Part shown: positions 50,931 to 63,635 of the stretch, one piece after another
Position numbering within the stretch: position 1 is the first letter of the stretch
Layout: each line of letters opens with the position of its first letter
Translations under genes and position numbers: made by a program
The notes under the pieces: model-generated
What the model saw: the letters and a program-made list of their open reading frames with translations, nothing else
The model's database searches: none
Told to the model about the DNA's origin: nothing
Assembly: GCA_012026655.1 (NCBI GenBank)
Contig: JAAILG010000199.1
Location: 1-64,000, forward strand
DNA: 64,000 nucleotides
Direction of reading: 5' to 3'
From: Hydrolagus affinis
Lineage: Eukaryota

Positions 50931-51789
50931 TTAAAAAGTTGAAACTAAGCACCTTCTATGAACTGATTGTTTGCTTTGTGGAAAATATATCATTTTGCAT
51001 ATGATTAACATTATAACATTTGTGACCTAGGTTTAGAATTCCCTTTCCAACACTTGCAACAAAGAACAAGAATGGGCCTTGCCAAAGTGGGGGCTTGAAG
51101 TCATACTAACAATATATTAACAAGGACAGTGGTAAGAGGTATCATCTTTCACTCATAGCTTCTCAAAGCTGCCAGGGAAATGACAAAGAAAAGATTCACT
51201 CCACAATCCATGGGCAAGGCTAAGATAATAAAGTAAAAGAGCAAATTGAGGAATTATTTTCCTCTTGTTCCTTGAAATGGTGCTGTAATTGGGCTGAAGT
51301 CCTGGCAATTGTTTCTCCCCAGTAATAAGTGCAGAATATTATAAACAATAAGGATAACTTTGAAAGGTCTATCAGCACATAATAAATAAAATGTAAGTCA
51401 TTGATATCTAATACAAAAGATATTTTTTATCAACTCTTGGCTATACCATCTGGGGAAGCAAAAGCTGAATACATAACAAACATATGTATCTTATTATTAG
51501 CCCTTATAAAATTGGAGCCATCGCCTTAAAGGTTAAAGTAAGATTCAAACTGAAACACTAGCATGCCACCTTGTGGCTTAAAACAATGCAATTGTTTGCA
51601 GAGCTGCATTGAATTAAAAAAAATTATTTTGATATTTAGGAGAAATTCCAACTGGATCTCGATTATCTCTATTAACACAACATTTTACTACATTCAGAAT
51701 TTGCCAAATTCGTAAATGCATTTTGAAGCAAGTTTTAGAAGAGATATTTTGCTAACTACAGTAATTGACTTTCGCCTACAAATACACAG

Positions 51790-52075
51790 TCGGTTTTCCT
51801 GCTCTCCTTCCCCCTACCCCGACCCCTCCCCTTGCCCTCCTTCCCCCCTTTCTCTCCCAATCCCACTTCTATGACTCTTTGTGGAACACTGCTGTGTGCA
51901 ATTTGGCTGCCGCGTTTCGCCCACAAATAAACAGTAAATTCTCCTACTCTCCTTTATCCTGCCTCGACCCCTCCCACCCTACTCTTGTCCCTACCTGACT
52001 GTACAGCACCTTGGGACTTCCTCTCGACGTGAAAGGTGCTATATAAATGTAAGTTTTGTTTGATTCATTGATTGA
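51790..52075 (+). mobile_element. L2 3' end / SINE body mosaic
   Basis: C-rich L2 UTR, SINE body (GCTGTGTGCAATTTGGCTGCCGCGTTTCGCCCAC), C-rich UTR again, then an L2 tail with (TTGA)n. Confidence 0.75.
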
Positions 52076-53026
52076 CTTAGATTTAGTTAAATAGAACAAT
52101 TTATAAAATGTTGGACACCCTGTAATAACGTGTGTAGTCCATATCTAGGCCCAGGTGTAATTTCTCTCCATGTCGTTCTTATCGAAAACACAAATGTGAC
52201 AATTATTTTCTTTGTTCCTATCATTATATTATTGCATTCTACATTCACAAATATTGCTTTGTGAGTTACAAATCCCAAATATTTACCACAGAAGCATTGT
52301 TGGCAGTAATCTAAATCCCTCCAAAAAACGTTCTGTCACTCTTCATTTTAAGCATCAGCAGAGGTCTGAGTTTGTTAATTCCTCCTACAGAGACTATTCA
52401 GATCTAGAGACTGAACTCAATCTTCTCTTGGCAGCCGTATTGACACCATTGAACTGCTCCCAGACATCCTGCCAGGTTATTTTTATTGTGAGAGATCATG
52501 TTCGACCTCTCAGTAATCTTTTCACATGCTGCTCTGTTGACTCTGGGGTTTTGTGTTGCCCTCAAAAATTGTGGTCTGGATCTCACCATCTCTGTCACAA
52601 TTATTTGATCATATATTCTGTAAATCTTTAGCTCTGTGTATCTCTTGGGACTAAGAGACCTTCTCCAATGATATCATCAATATTATTATCATGCAGTAGT
52701 TTATCGAACATAAGAGTATAATTTTCAGTTCTTTGAAACTTCTTTGAAAATACACTTTCTTTAACATTAATTGAGCTTACTATAAAAAAAGGGTGAAAAT
52801 GGCTGTAATATTCCAAGAGTTAATTGGTGAGATACACAGAACGCCTGTGCTTGCCTTCCTGCCTATCGTCATGGCATTCTATCCACTGTTGAGACAAGAA
52901 TGCAGATGCAATAAACCTGCATCCTGTGTCATAAAAGGAGAAATAGAGGAAGAACAGTTAAAGAAAGTATAAAGGAAATAAACTAGTATGTCATATTTTC
53001 AAGTTAAATTAACCTTCAACCAAGAC

Positions 53027-53135
53027 ATAATAATCCTTGCATTTGATATAGTACCTTATTGTGTCTTTGAAACATCTCAAAGCGTCTCACAAAATATACT
53101 GCAAAGTAAATTGACTGTATTTTTTGGGTGAGACA
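53027..53135 (-). mobile_element. SINE 3' fragment
   Basis: ATAATAATCCTTGCATTTGATATAG...ATCTCAAAGCG..AATATACTGCAAAG. Confidence 0.8.
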
Positions 53136-54640
53136 TAATTTTAAGTGGGTTCAAGTTACAAAATCCCTTATATCATTGCAAGTTAACAGTTCACCATGAA
53201 TACAACCCCCAAAAAAATCATCCAAACATTCCACGTAAAACTGATTTAAAAAAAGCATTCCTAAAAAAGGTTTTTACGTTTGAAAATAGCTTTTGTTATC
53301 ATGCTTTGTACAAGTACTGCAGCTGCTGCTTAATTCATATCCTTGAATTCATTGACTAAACACCACAATTATGTATGATTTTAGTTGTATAAGTTCATAA
53401 CTCTTTGTTGTAGAGTGAACCGAATATTTCCAGTTGAATGCAACACAATACTCTCTTGGCAACTGGTGCTTGTCATTTAAATTGTAAAGTAGTTCTGCGT
53501 TGTTCAACCAGTTCAAATAAGATAATGAGGTGCAATAAAGTTTTTAATATAAATTTATAATTGTTAGCCTATTGTGCCATGTGAGATTTCTTGAGCTGTG
53601 AATTAACACCTGTACGAAATAACGAATCTGTGAATGCTAATTCGGTCATTAATACATTCCCAGGTGTAACAATGAACAAAACCTTACAATCTGGGTTAAG
53701 GTTCACAGAGTCATCATGATATCCTCAATATTAATTTTCTTTTCCCTTCTTCAGTCGCAATTCTGTTTGTGAAGGAGAAGATGTCAATGTTAAAGATTGG
53801 AACTCCTGGTTGCACTCTTTCCTGACATACATTGGCCAGATCAGAACTTGTGTCTATTCTTCTTGAACAATTTATCTCAACAAGAGCCGAAGCTTGCTTT
53901 TGCCAGTCTGAGTTGTATAGAGGGTTATCTTATTGAAATTTCTCCATCATTCTAAAATAGAATTATATAATTTGTATATTAAATTTAATTTGTTAAAGTA
54001 TCTCTGGCCATTCATATAAAGCATTCAAGTTAACATCAGTTTAAACTTGTTTGTCAAAATTTTCTAAATGAGGAAGCGTGAAAGTGTATCTGAAATTAAC
54101 CGGCAAAATATGGTGATTTTAGACTTAATATATATCCATTGCATTGATAGCCTCGGGCATAAGAGGTTTTCAGCTCTCTTGAGTGCCTGCTAAATAAGGT
54201 TTCATGTTTTGCCATTCAACCTTTTGAGCTACTCTTTGCATTGGAAGCCTCTTGTGTTAGTCATTCAACTCCATCCGGAAAAGGCAAGGGAATATCTGTC
54301 AGGACCTTCAGAAAGATTACCTTTTCTTCATAGCTTGGAATTTCAGTGGGAAAAGAACAGTTCAAAATTCTCGCTCCGCTGAAACTTCTGTGATGCAGTG
54401 GGTTTGGTGCTCTGACAAACTGTGCTTAGACGTGGGGGGAAGGACGAAAGCTTTCTTCATGATTACTCAATTTCATCTTGATTTTCCCAATTTAAAAAAC
54501 TATTTAAATATACAATATTTTACTCTACAAATTCCATCATCATTAATTTTACAAATGTAAAGATGGAATTTGGGGCCCCCGATGTTTTAGCCACTGATAT
54601 TATATAGTGATATACAATGTACCTTCATCACCTGATGAAT

Positions 54641-55363
54641 CAACAACAACAAAATAACACTTGTATAGCGCCTTTCAGATCAGGAGGACGTCCTAAGGCG
54701 CTGCAAGTCATTGTTTCAGACCCGAGCTGGGGTCAGGGACAGGGAGAGTGGAGGAAAGAGGGGGATTTGGGGTGACTGATGGGACCATCGAAGAAGAGGG
54801 ACTTGAAGGAGACTAGGGAGGGGGCAAGGTGGAGGGACTGCAGGATGGAGTTCCAGAGGTTTGGGGCAGAGTGGCTGAAGGCTCACCCGCCAATGATGGG
54901 AAGGTGGGTTGGGGAACCTGGAGCAGGCCACAGCCTACTGAGCGGAGGAGGCGGGCAGGTTCTTAGGAGGTTAGGAGATTGCAGAGGTAGGGTGGGGCGA
55001 GGCCATCGAGGGCTTTGAATGTGAGGACCAGGATCTGGAATTGAATTATCTGTGTGATGGGGAGCCAATGGAGTCAGGTGAGAATGGGGAAGATGGAAGC
55101 TTGGAACAGTAGAGGACACAGGCCTCAGATTTCTGGATTATCTGCAGCCGATGGAGGGAGGAATTGGGATGGCCAACAAGCAGCGCATTGGCATAGTCAA
55201 GCTTGGATGTGATGAAGGCATGAATGAGACTTTCAGCGGCCTGAGGGGGTGAGGTAGTGGCGGAGTAGGGCAATTTTGCTGAGTTGAGGGAAAGCAGAGC
55301 GGGTCATGGCTTGGATGTGGCTGAGGAAAGAGATTTGGGGATAGAACAAGACACCTAGGTTCC
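54641..55363 (-). mobile_element. L2-clade LINE 3' ~720-bp fragment
   Basis: AAESLIHAFITSKLDYANALL..LHRLQIIQ (L2 post-RT hallmark) through to a (TTG)n tail. Confidence 0.95.
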
Positions 55364-56434
55364 TAATTTCATAATTGAATCATTATGAATTGTATTGTTT
55401 TCGGGTCAGTTGTGTCACATTTTGTGTTCAGTGAATATGGAAATATTGTGCAGTTGTGAGGCAGAACAATTCCTTCTGCTTTTTGCAAACGTGTACCTCA
55501 AGGGGGCAATGCTTACGTGTACATGGCACAAAAAGTGAAAGAATATTTATGTGCATGTTATTTCCTTACGCTGCCCCCTAGAAATTAAATATTACTAAAT
55601 CAACAACAGTTCATGGTGGTAAAGAAGTTACATAACTGCAATTATCTAGTTTTAACTCCAATTAGCACAACAATCAATAAGTCATGCTGGGATTGTATTC
55701 CACTAATAAATGCTTCCTTCTTTTTGCAGTCGTACTCTCATTCACAAGGCTGATCAAATTGTTCACCGATCCTTGCAATTGCTTTTTTTTTAATAAAGGT
55801 GTGCTCTAATTCACATTTTAAAAAAACAGCATTGAATTGCAGGCATTAAAATTAACACAATAACCTTACTGCAAATAAACCCCAAATTTAAAAACCTGTT
55901 ACTTTTTTTTAAAGTTGGTTAAAATATAAGGCGTATATTTGATTGCAATAGAATTCGGATATTTAAATGTTAATACGGCACTATGTTTAAACTATCCAGT
56001 ATTCCCCAGCCTAGTAGTAGAGAGATAGAAATGTCTGTATCCTTCAAAGTCACAGAATCAGTTTTAAGGCTTCCTGACATTTAGAGCTGTCAGTCTTCAT
56101 TCTCATTCTCAACCAAACTCCTACGAACCTCATGGTTCAGAGCTTTGCACATTGGTTGATTATCTCCATTTCTCCATGATGGACATCACACTTCTCAGCC
56201 TATTTTCAAGCATCAATAACAGACAGGATTCGGCAGAGCAATATTACTTGTGAAGAAAAAAAATCCTTTGAAGTTAAGTAACTCCTAATTTAGTAGAAAT
56301 TGGGAATACGTAGGAAGGCATCAAACATGCATCATTGCAAAATTACTGATATTTCATAAATTTGAAATATCTATGCCACATGAGGCATGTCATTTTATTT
56401 ACAATGGCTAATCAACACTGAATAATCCATCCTT

Positions 56435-56598
56435 CCCAGATACGCATGGTGTCTCCCTCGAGGGAGAGAGGTTCTATTCCAGTCACAAACCATTTTCCAT
56501 GTGATTCTGGCATTCATATACTGTATAGAACTTTCAGTTTGGTTTGGATATTCCAAAGCAGGGTGAATGAGTTTCCACATGTGTCAGATACCTGGCTG
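56435..56598 (-). repeat. Unclassified dispersed repeat, copy C
   Basis: Reverse strand CAGCCAGGTATCTGACACATGTGGAAA..TATCCAAACCAAACTGAAAGTTC..CTCTCTCCCTCGAGGGAGACACCATGC aligns with copies A and B. Confidence 0.65.
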
Positions 56599-56819
56599 AC
56601 CTAAAACATGTTTACTCAGTTGATTTATTCTGTTTCTGTTTATTGCATTGACTTGAATTTGTGTTGATTCTTTGTGGAGTAGTTTTTAATACTATTGTAA
56701 CAAAATTTTTTTGTTTTCCTTTCTCCAACCTCTTTTTGTCCCTCTCTCTTCCAATTGTGCTGATAAATGGCAAGACCTAGTTCCATTGAATCTACCTGTA
56801 TTCTGGTACCTTGCCTTAA

Positions 56820-57065
56820 CAATAATAATTCTTGCATTTGATATAGCACTTTTCACGTCTTCTAGACGTCTCAAACCGATTCACAGAATATACTGTTAAG
56901 TGAATTGACTTGTGATTTGTGGACAAATCGCAGCACTAATTGCCCACAGCTGTGTCCCACAAACAGTTGTGGATTGAAATGACCAATTTTTTTAATTTAT
57001 TTTTTTCAAACACAGGTCTCATGCTTGCAAAACAAATTATCTAACCACTGAGCTACAGGACTCCA
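56820..57065 (-). mobile_element. SINE with tRNA head and an internal deletion
   Basis: Tail and body joined directly to CAAACACAGGTCTC..TAACCACTGAGCTACAGGACTCC. Confidence 0.88.
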
Positions 57066-57104
57066 CTTACCTAAGAGACCATTCTTCACAGTTGTACTTA
57101 GATA

Positions 57105-57245
57105 CAGAGTGCTTGACTGGGTATAGATGGAAGCATCTTAGTTGAGCTCAATTCTGTCCTTATATAACATTTACACGTATTGCAGTGAGTCTATAAATCG
57201 TGACCAGGGACAGGGATTGATGAGCTAAAGCCAACTGCAGTTTTT
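57105..57245 (-). mobile_element. Possible ancient SINE fragment of a different family
   Basis: AATTCTGTCCTT..AACATTTACAC..GTGACCAGGGACAGGGA..AAGCCAACTGCAG recalls an old shark SINE; from memory only. Confidence 0.25.
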
Positions 57246-58099
57246 TCCCATCGTCACCTATCTTTGCAATTCATCTTGCTCGAAACAATCGATATGCCAA
57301 CGAGCAAGGGAGTTCAGCTGAATGAATTCCACCTTTTCCAGATATATGTCTGTTGAAATTAATTTGTTTATTTTAAACAAAACCATAAGTGCACGTACGA
57401 ATTGTGTTCAGCACAGAGACTAATGTACGTACCTCTGAAAGGTGCTGTGAGCTTATGACAAAAAATTGACTCTAATTCAAAAGATGTATGAGGGTGCCAA
57501 CTTCAGTGTAGAAGTCTGACTGACTTACAATCATAATGTGCATCAAAGGAGGCATGTAGAATGTCTTGCTCTTTGGCATATTGATTGTCCTTCGGAAAGT
57601 GAGTTGCGAAGATGACAGGTGATTGATGGAAGCAAAAAGAAGCAGCAGAATGTGTACCGTCCTGATCTAAAACTTTGCTGATCATGTGGGACTGCTTGAA
57701 GGGGAAATCGCATCATGGCTGGAAACAAGTAAAACTGTAAATTGGAGTCAATTTAATGAGCAGTTAACAGTAGAAAAACAAAACAGATGTTTACTCAAAA
57801 CTCAAGAAAAGAGGAAAATCAAATAATAATAGAGACAGGAAACCCAAGGGGCGGGAAGAAAATCTTTATCTATATAATTATAGCCTGATAGATGAATGGG
57901 GAAGAGCTTCGTTGGACTGACTCAGTGACATAAATCTATTCTGCATTCAAACTTTCAAGTACATTACATCCGTCATCAACTTGACACAACTGATAAACAA
58001 AAGTGCTCCCTGGCTTTTCTTGGCTCGGAATTTGGGAATCTTCCTGCATATTTTACAATCTGTAATGCTTTGTTCTCATTTGGCTTGACATAAATTGCT

Positions 58100-58312
58100 G
58101 TTCCTTCATCAGCACTGGGGCCAAAAGTCTGGACCTTCCTACTGACAAACTTTGTGGGAGTAATATCATCAAAGTGATTGAACAGTTTTAAAGCGATGGC
58201 TCACCAGTACTTTTTCCAAGTCAGCTCGGGGTGACTAATAAATAATAATCCCCGCATTTGATATAATAAATGTCAACCTTGCCAGCACTGCCCACATCTC
58301 AATAAAGAGTTA
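58100..58312 (+). mobile_element. CR1-group LINE 3' end (degraded)
   Basis: TTCCTTCATCAGCACTGGGGCCAAAAGTCTGGA..TTTAAAGCGATGGCTCACCA..CCTTGCCAGCACTGCCCACATC. Confidence 0.65.
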
Positions 58313-59159
58313 AGAATAGACCAGCATTCTGAAGGTAGAAATACAGGATTTACAAATGATTGGTTTGGTTTCAAATGCTGTAAAAGCTTCAAATGCGCCT
58401 GAAATTATGATTCTCGTTGTCTTTGCATGAAGTTACTGCATTAAATGGTTATTACCAATCTGCTTCCAAACATCATTATTCAACCTACTCCTCTCGAATC
58501 AGCCTTCCACCTTGTGGATTGCAGAGCAGCACAGACAGCAGCCATAGAGACAGGCCAACAACCTGGATATTCCATCCTTCCAGCTGGAATAGAAATAATA
58601 GGCAAGGGGAAGAGATAGAGAATTAGATATAAATGGAAATTCTGCATCAATTGCAGCATTAAATTAGAAATAAATTGTATGTTTTATAATTTAATAATAC
58701 TGTACTGTGGACTTATCATCTCACAGATGTAAACAGCATGATAGTGCAGCTTTAAGGGATGATACTAGTCCTCGTTTCAACAAAATCCACCTTATAATAA
58801 AGTAGAAAAAATGAACGATCCTCAAGGATTGAAAATTGCTAACATTTTCTGCAGATCATCACAATGAATTCATACTGGCAGTTGAAGACTTTTTAAATAA
58901 GAATATGTCACACCAAATTTGGAAAATTGGAGACATCTGCATCATTTATATTTTTCATGGTTGTGCAGCATTACCTGTTTTGAATGCCACTGAGTATTTA
59001 CAAGATGTGGGTTGCCTTAATTATTTATTGGTTAGAGCTGAAGTTGGGCGATGCTGTATTTATTTAAATAATGTAACCAATTACCTGGTTGTAATTTAAG
59101 ATTTCTCCTTGGTACAAAATTACTAAACTTTATGATTATTTTTCTGAATTACAATACAA

Positions 59160-59225
59160 TATAATACAATACAAACTTACATTTATTTGGCACCTTTCAT
59201 TTTGGGAGGACATCCCCAGGCATTG
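59160..59225 (-). mobile_element. L2-type tail stub
   Basis: AAACTTACATTTATTTGGCACCTTTCA..GGAGGACATCCCCAGGCA. Confidence 0.7.
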
Positions 59226-60781
59226 AATTATCCAGTCTGTAGTTTTATGTATAAAACTCAAGGGGTTTATTCTGTTCTTGCACACCATGTTGCTGTGGGC
59301 TAAGCGGTATTCTGTTTGTTTGTTAACATTTCCCGAATTTGTTCTTGCATCAAAGTAGTTAAGTATTAATACTGTAGCTTAATTGTTCTTTAAGTTAAAA
59401 CTGCCTGACAGGAATTTATAAACTGACTATATGTATAAAATCTACATAGAGAGGCATAAAAAAGGTTGCATTCTTTGGTGTAAATTTTAATTTGAATGTG
59501 ATTACAATGGAGTTTGTCAGGCATGTTATTTGCATCAGGGTATTTTCTCCTGAGACTTGTGTTTGATTATTTGTTCATCAGCAGGGGAAAAAAATAACTT
59601 TCAACAGCTTGGTTCCGGTTCACAACACAAAGTGTCCAAAATTTTCAGCCATGGCAACATTTAGGTTAGTTTACTTTTCTAATGAGGCAAAAAATAGTGG
59701 GCGGCAACATGAAGAGCTCATTAGCAGAAAATATTCATTAGGGACCTGAGGACTGGAATATTGATTACACTGAGGTGTAACTCTAGTAAGGTTGCAATAT
59801 TCATGACAGGAGAGAAATAGAGAGAAATAAAACGTCAAAAACAAAACAAGAGTAATTGGTTTTATGTAAATATGATGGATTATATACCGGGATTAACTGG
59901 AATCTGAGAGAAGCTGCCAACCTTAAGGTGAGTTGCCCTCTTCCAAGTGAATGATTAAATTGGGCTTCACTTTATCTCTATGTGGAAGTGGAGTTTGGCA
60001 CGCATTTACTGATATCATTTATTGCCTTATTATATTGAATTCAGATTGATCAGAAACAACAGCGACATTTTAGATATTACTATCGTGTTAGTGGGAATAT
60101 GGAGGCTTGAATAAAGATTAGTGAAAAATTACGATTAGACTAAAGTTTAGGCACAGGTTTAACACTGGTGATTTATTGTTTTCTTTTCATATTTTCAGGT
60201 ACTCTCCCTGTAAAGCAGCCAGGAATTGCCCATTCTGCACCACAGTCATGTGCGTGCCTGCATACACCCTGATAAATTCACCTGCCGCTTTCGAAAGGTG
60301 CCCCGATATGCACTGTACCCACATATGTTTACATTTTTGGGACATTCTTTGTTGGATCTTTAATTGATTCAGATGGATTTAATCATCACTTGCACACTCT
60401 TTTTCCTGTCTCGCATGCATAGAAACACAATGCTTTATCCCCTTTTATCTCTCATACATACATTACTTGAAGTTCTGTTTTAATAGGTTGTTTACCACGA
60501 AATGGAACTTAAAAGCTGTTGACATTCCCATTCCATTGTTCAAATTTCATAACAGGTTTTGCTTCATCTTAATTTTCTGCCCATTGGATTTGTACAGATA
60601 GATTCACTGAATTTGTTCAATCATCTTCCAGGCCTTAGAGCACAAATAGCTTTACAATGTGTTGCACCACAATGCGCATTTCCTCTGCTTACTCACACTG
60701 GCATTTTACAAACTTGAATGCAAGTTTCAGATAGAGTAGCCAAAGTAAATGTCTTTCCAGTTGAATTTTAATTTTTAGTCT

Positions 60782-61050
60782 GGAGCTTGTAGTCTGCATT
60801 CAAGCAGATCCACGATCTAATCCTGGACTGATCAAGCAAAACTTTGGACAAGTTTCCTTACTCAACATGCCTGATAATAATCCCTTGAGAAAAACAACAA
60901 TAAATTGGTCATTTCAATCCACGACTGTTTGCGGGACACTGCTGTGTGCAATTGGCTGCTGCATTTCGCCCACGAATATCGTCAATTCACTTTACAGTAT
61001 ATTCTGTGAAGCGCTTTGAGACATCTAGAAAACGTGAACAGTGCTATATT
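60782..61050 (+). mobile_element. SINE (short subfamily) with degraded head
   Basis: TTGGACAAGTTTCCTTACTCAACATGCCTGATAATAATCCC...GTGAAGCGCTTTGAGACATCTAG. Confidence 0.88.
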
Positions 61051-61495
61051 TACAGCTTGTAAAAAGCAAGTCCTGGTTTTCTGAGATTTGCACATTAAAA
61101 TCACCTAACACTGTTCATTTGTCACTGTGGAAGCATAGTTGATACCCAATCAACCGCAGATGCTGTGGTGAGAGGGAAACTATTTTTTTTGTCCACGTTA
61201 CTGTGCTCAGTGGGAATGGTGGCATGAATATTAAAGAGGTTTAAGGGGGTTTTATTATGCAGTTTTATTTGTTTTGCTCTGTGTAACTGTCACGACTGAT
61301 AAGAGTTAGAAAAGAACAGCTGCAGCACGATAGCTTTAATAATGACAAGTGAGGAAGGTGGGTGGAATGATGAGGATATTGCTTATTTCATTGTAATCCT
61401 TAGATCTATGCTGGCAGCTTTGGGGAGGGCAAGCACACCAAATTATGAATGCTGAATTATTTCTTCCAATTGCTTTAGGGAGCCTTTGCGGAAAG

Positions 61496-61772
61496 AATAA
61501 TAATAATAATCTTTGCATTTGATCTTGTGCTTTTCCTATCTTCTAGACACCTCAAAGTGTATAGTTGTGGATGAGACACGGCAGTCAGTTGCACACAGCA
61601 GTATCCCACAAACAGTTGTAGATTGAAGTGACCAATTTTTATTTTATTTTTTTCGAGAGATTATTAGGCGGGTGGAGTAAGGAAACTTGCCCAAGGTTTT
61701 GCCCTGCTGGGAATCAAACCCAGGTCTCTTGCTTGCGAAGCAAGTAATCTAACCGTTGAGTTACAGAACTCC
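61496..61772 (-). mobile_element. Full-length SINE with a tRNA-Ala-like head
   Basis: Head has anticodon arm CTTGC-TTCGCAA-GCAAG (CGC) and B box GGTTTGATTCC; (ATT)n tail. Confidence 0.9.
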
Positions 61773-61800
61773 AAGGAGTAAGGTCTTCTATATCATATTA

Positions 61801-62030
61801 ATAATAACAATTATCTTCACTTTTGATATAGTGCCTTTCATGTTGGGAGGACATCTCAAAGCACTTCACAGGGTTTATTGTTAGTTTAGTGACTGTATTT
61901 TGTAGGTGATTATGGCAAGCAATTTGTGCACATCAATGTCCCTCAAACAGCCATGAAATGAATGAAATTAATTTTATCTAGGGATTGATGGCCAGGACAC
62001 TGGGAGAAACTTCCTTTCCTATTTTAAACA
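61801..62030 (-). mobile_element. Older DeuSINE 3' half
   Basis: GGCCAGGACACTGGGAGAAACTTCC and GCAATTTGTGCACA blocks plus tail. Confidence 0.7.
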
Positions 62031-62617
62031 TTTTCTTTTCAAATCTATGGTTCAATGATTTTCACACTTACAATAAGTGTGGCAAGCATGGGATCCAGAA
62101 CAGACTCCTGCTGAATTTAAAGCAATGTTTTCTTCCCTATTTATCATTACCTCCACTTTTTATTGCCAAGACAGTTTTTAATCCAATTGACTAATTAATT
62201 TCCTCGAGCCACAGTTTAAAAGCCTCTGTATGAGAAATCATCAATTAGTTTCTAAATGCCGTTGTCCATCAATTTAGTTTTGACCTTGCAGAAATCAAGT
62301 GGATATAAAAGATTTGACCTGTTGCTTCTAAAAACCTTGCGACTAACACTAATGGCCTCTTAGATGAACATTAATTGCATCCGATGAAGTGCTATTAGGT
62401 GTTTCTACTTTTATGGATTACTAGACTAACTGTTCAACAATTTGCAGGTATTTTTTAATATGGCATTATATTTTCTGTGCTCAGCTGCATCTCCAGTGGT
62501 AATGGAGCTGTGGAAAACATATTAAGCAAAGAGGTACTCGTTTGTTCTCTGATTTTCTCAAATCTTCTAGGTCCATCCTTCATGGATAAAGTGCTGTGCA
62601 GACATTTATTTCTTGGT

Positions 62618-62820
62618 AAATAATCCTTTCATTTGATGCTGGACCTCTTACGTCGGATGGGTGTCTCAAAGCGTTTCAAAGAATTTCCTATTAATTATAG
62701 TGACTATTTTATAAGCAGCAAAAACACTTATCGACTTTTTCATATGTTATATGCTACAGTTTAATACAACAACAACAACAAAATTACACATATAAAGCAC
62801 CTTTCACGTCGGAAGGACGT
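62618..62820 (-). mobile_element. Two tail stubs (SINE-like 62618-62710; L2-like 62765-62820)
   Basis: AATAATCCTTTCATTTGATG..TCTCAAAGCG; (CAA)n..GCACCTTTCACGTCGGAAGGACGT. Confidence 0.65.
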
Positions 62821-63242
62821 ATTAGTCAATAGTCAAAGCCATTAACGGTTTTGGAGTAGTGCTAATTAACAAGCATTTTATGAATGCCTGAAAGCCAAAC
62901 TAAACATGCTGTTTTAATTAATATTATTTCAACAGTATCTCAGCGACTGATGCCTTTATCTAGGGTACAAAGCAAAATGTATGATTCGTCAGCCTTGCAG
63001 GCATTCTGACAATGGTGTGCATCAACTTACTTGTTCAGAGTTTGCTCATTATGATATTAATGAAACATACAATTTCCACTTGTAAATACCCACACATTAT
63101 TTTGGGCTGGACCTGGTTTAGTGCTTGTTTACTTGCTGTAAAATAAGAGGAAACAAAATGCCTTTTCCTTCCTGCTGAAATTACTGAATTTGCCTCCTTT
63201 ACTGGAATGTAAACAGTGAAGCATTACATGGAATGTAACAAA

Positions 63243-63635
63243 AGCAACAACAACTTGGATTTATATAGCGTCCTCCACGCCGGACGGTGTCTCAGAGCGC
63301 TTCACAACAACGGGTCCCGGGGCCAAGCTAGGGGGAAGGGGAAGAAGGTGACCAAAATTGCGGTCGAAAAGAAACATCTTTAGCCGAGACCTGAAAGTAG
63401 GAATAGAGGGGGGCGAGGCAAAGGGAGTGAGGAAGGGAATTCCAGAGCCTCAGGGGTGTAGTGACTGAAGGCCCAGCCGCCACTGGTGGAACAGAGGATT
63501 TGGGGGATAAGGAGGAGGCAACGGGTACTGTTGTGAGGAGAGAGTAGGTCAGAGATGTAGCGGGGTGCAGAGGAGTGGAGGGATTTGAAAACAAGAGAGA
63601 GGATCTTGAAATTGGTCTGTAGTGCAGCACTGAGA
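63243..63635 (-). mobile_element. L2-clade LINE 3' fragment
   Basis: NFKILSLVFKSLHSSAPRYISDLL..GGWAFSHY and LWNSLP; (TTG)n tail. Confidence 0.92.

Noticed and set aside
53755-53870. Exon after a strong + strand acceptor (TTTTCTTTTCCCTTCTTCAG)
   Set aside because: The longest frame (RNSVCEGEDVNVKDW...) hits a stop before any good donor, and the peptide is unrecognised
57503-57728. Minus-strand exon candidates around ORFs 57503..57685 and 57543..57728
   Set aside because: Frames from the best acceptor terminate before the GTAAGT donor; no homology recognised
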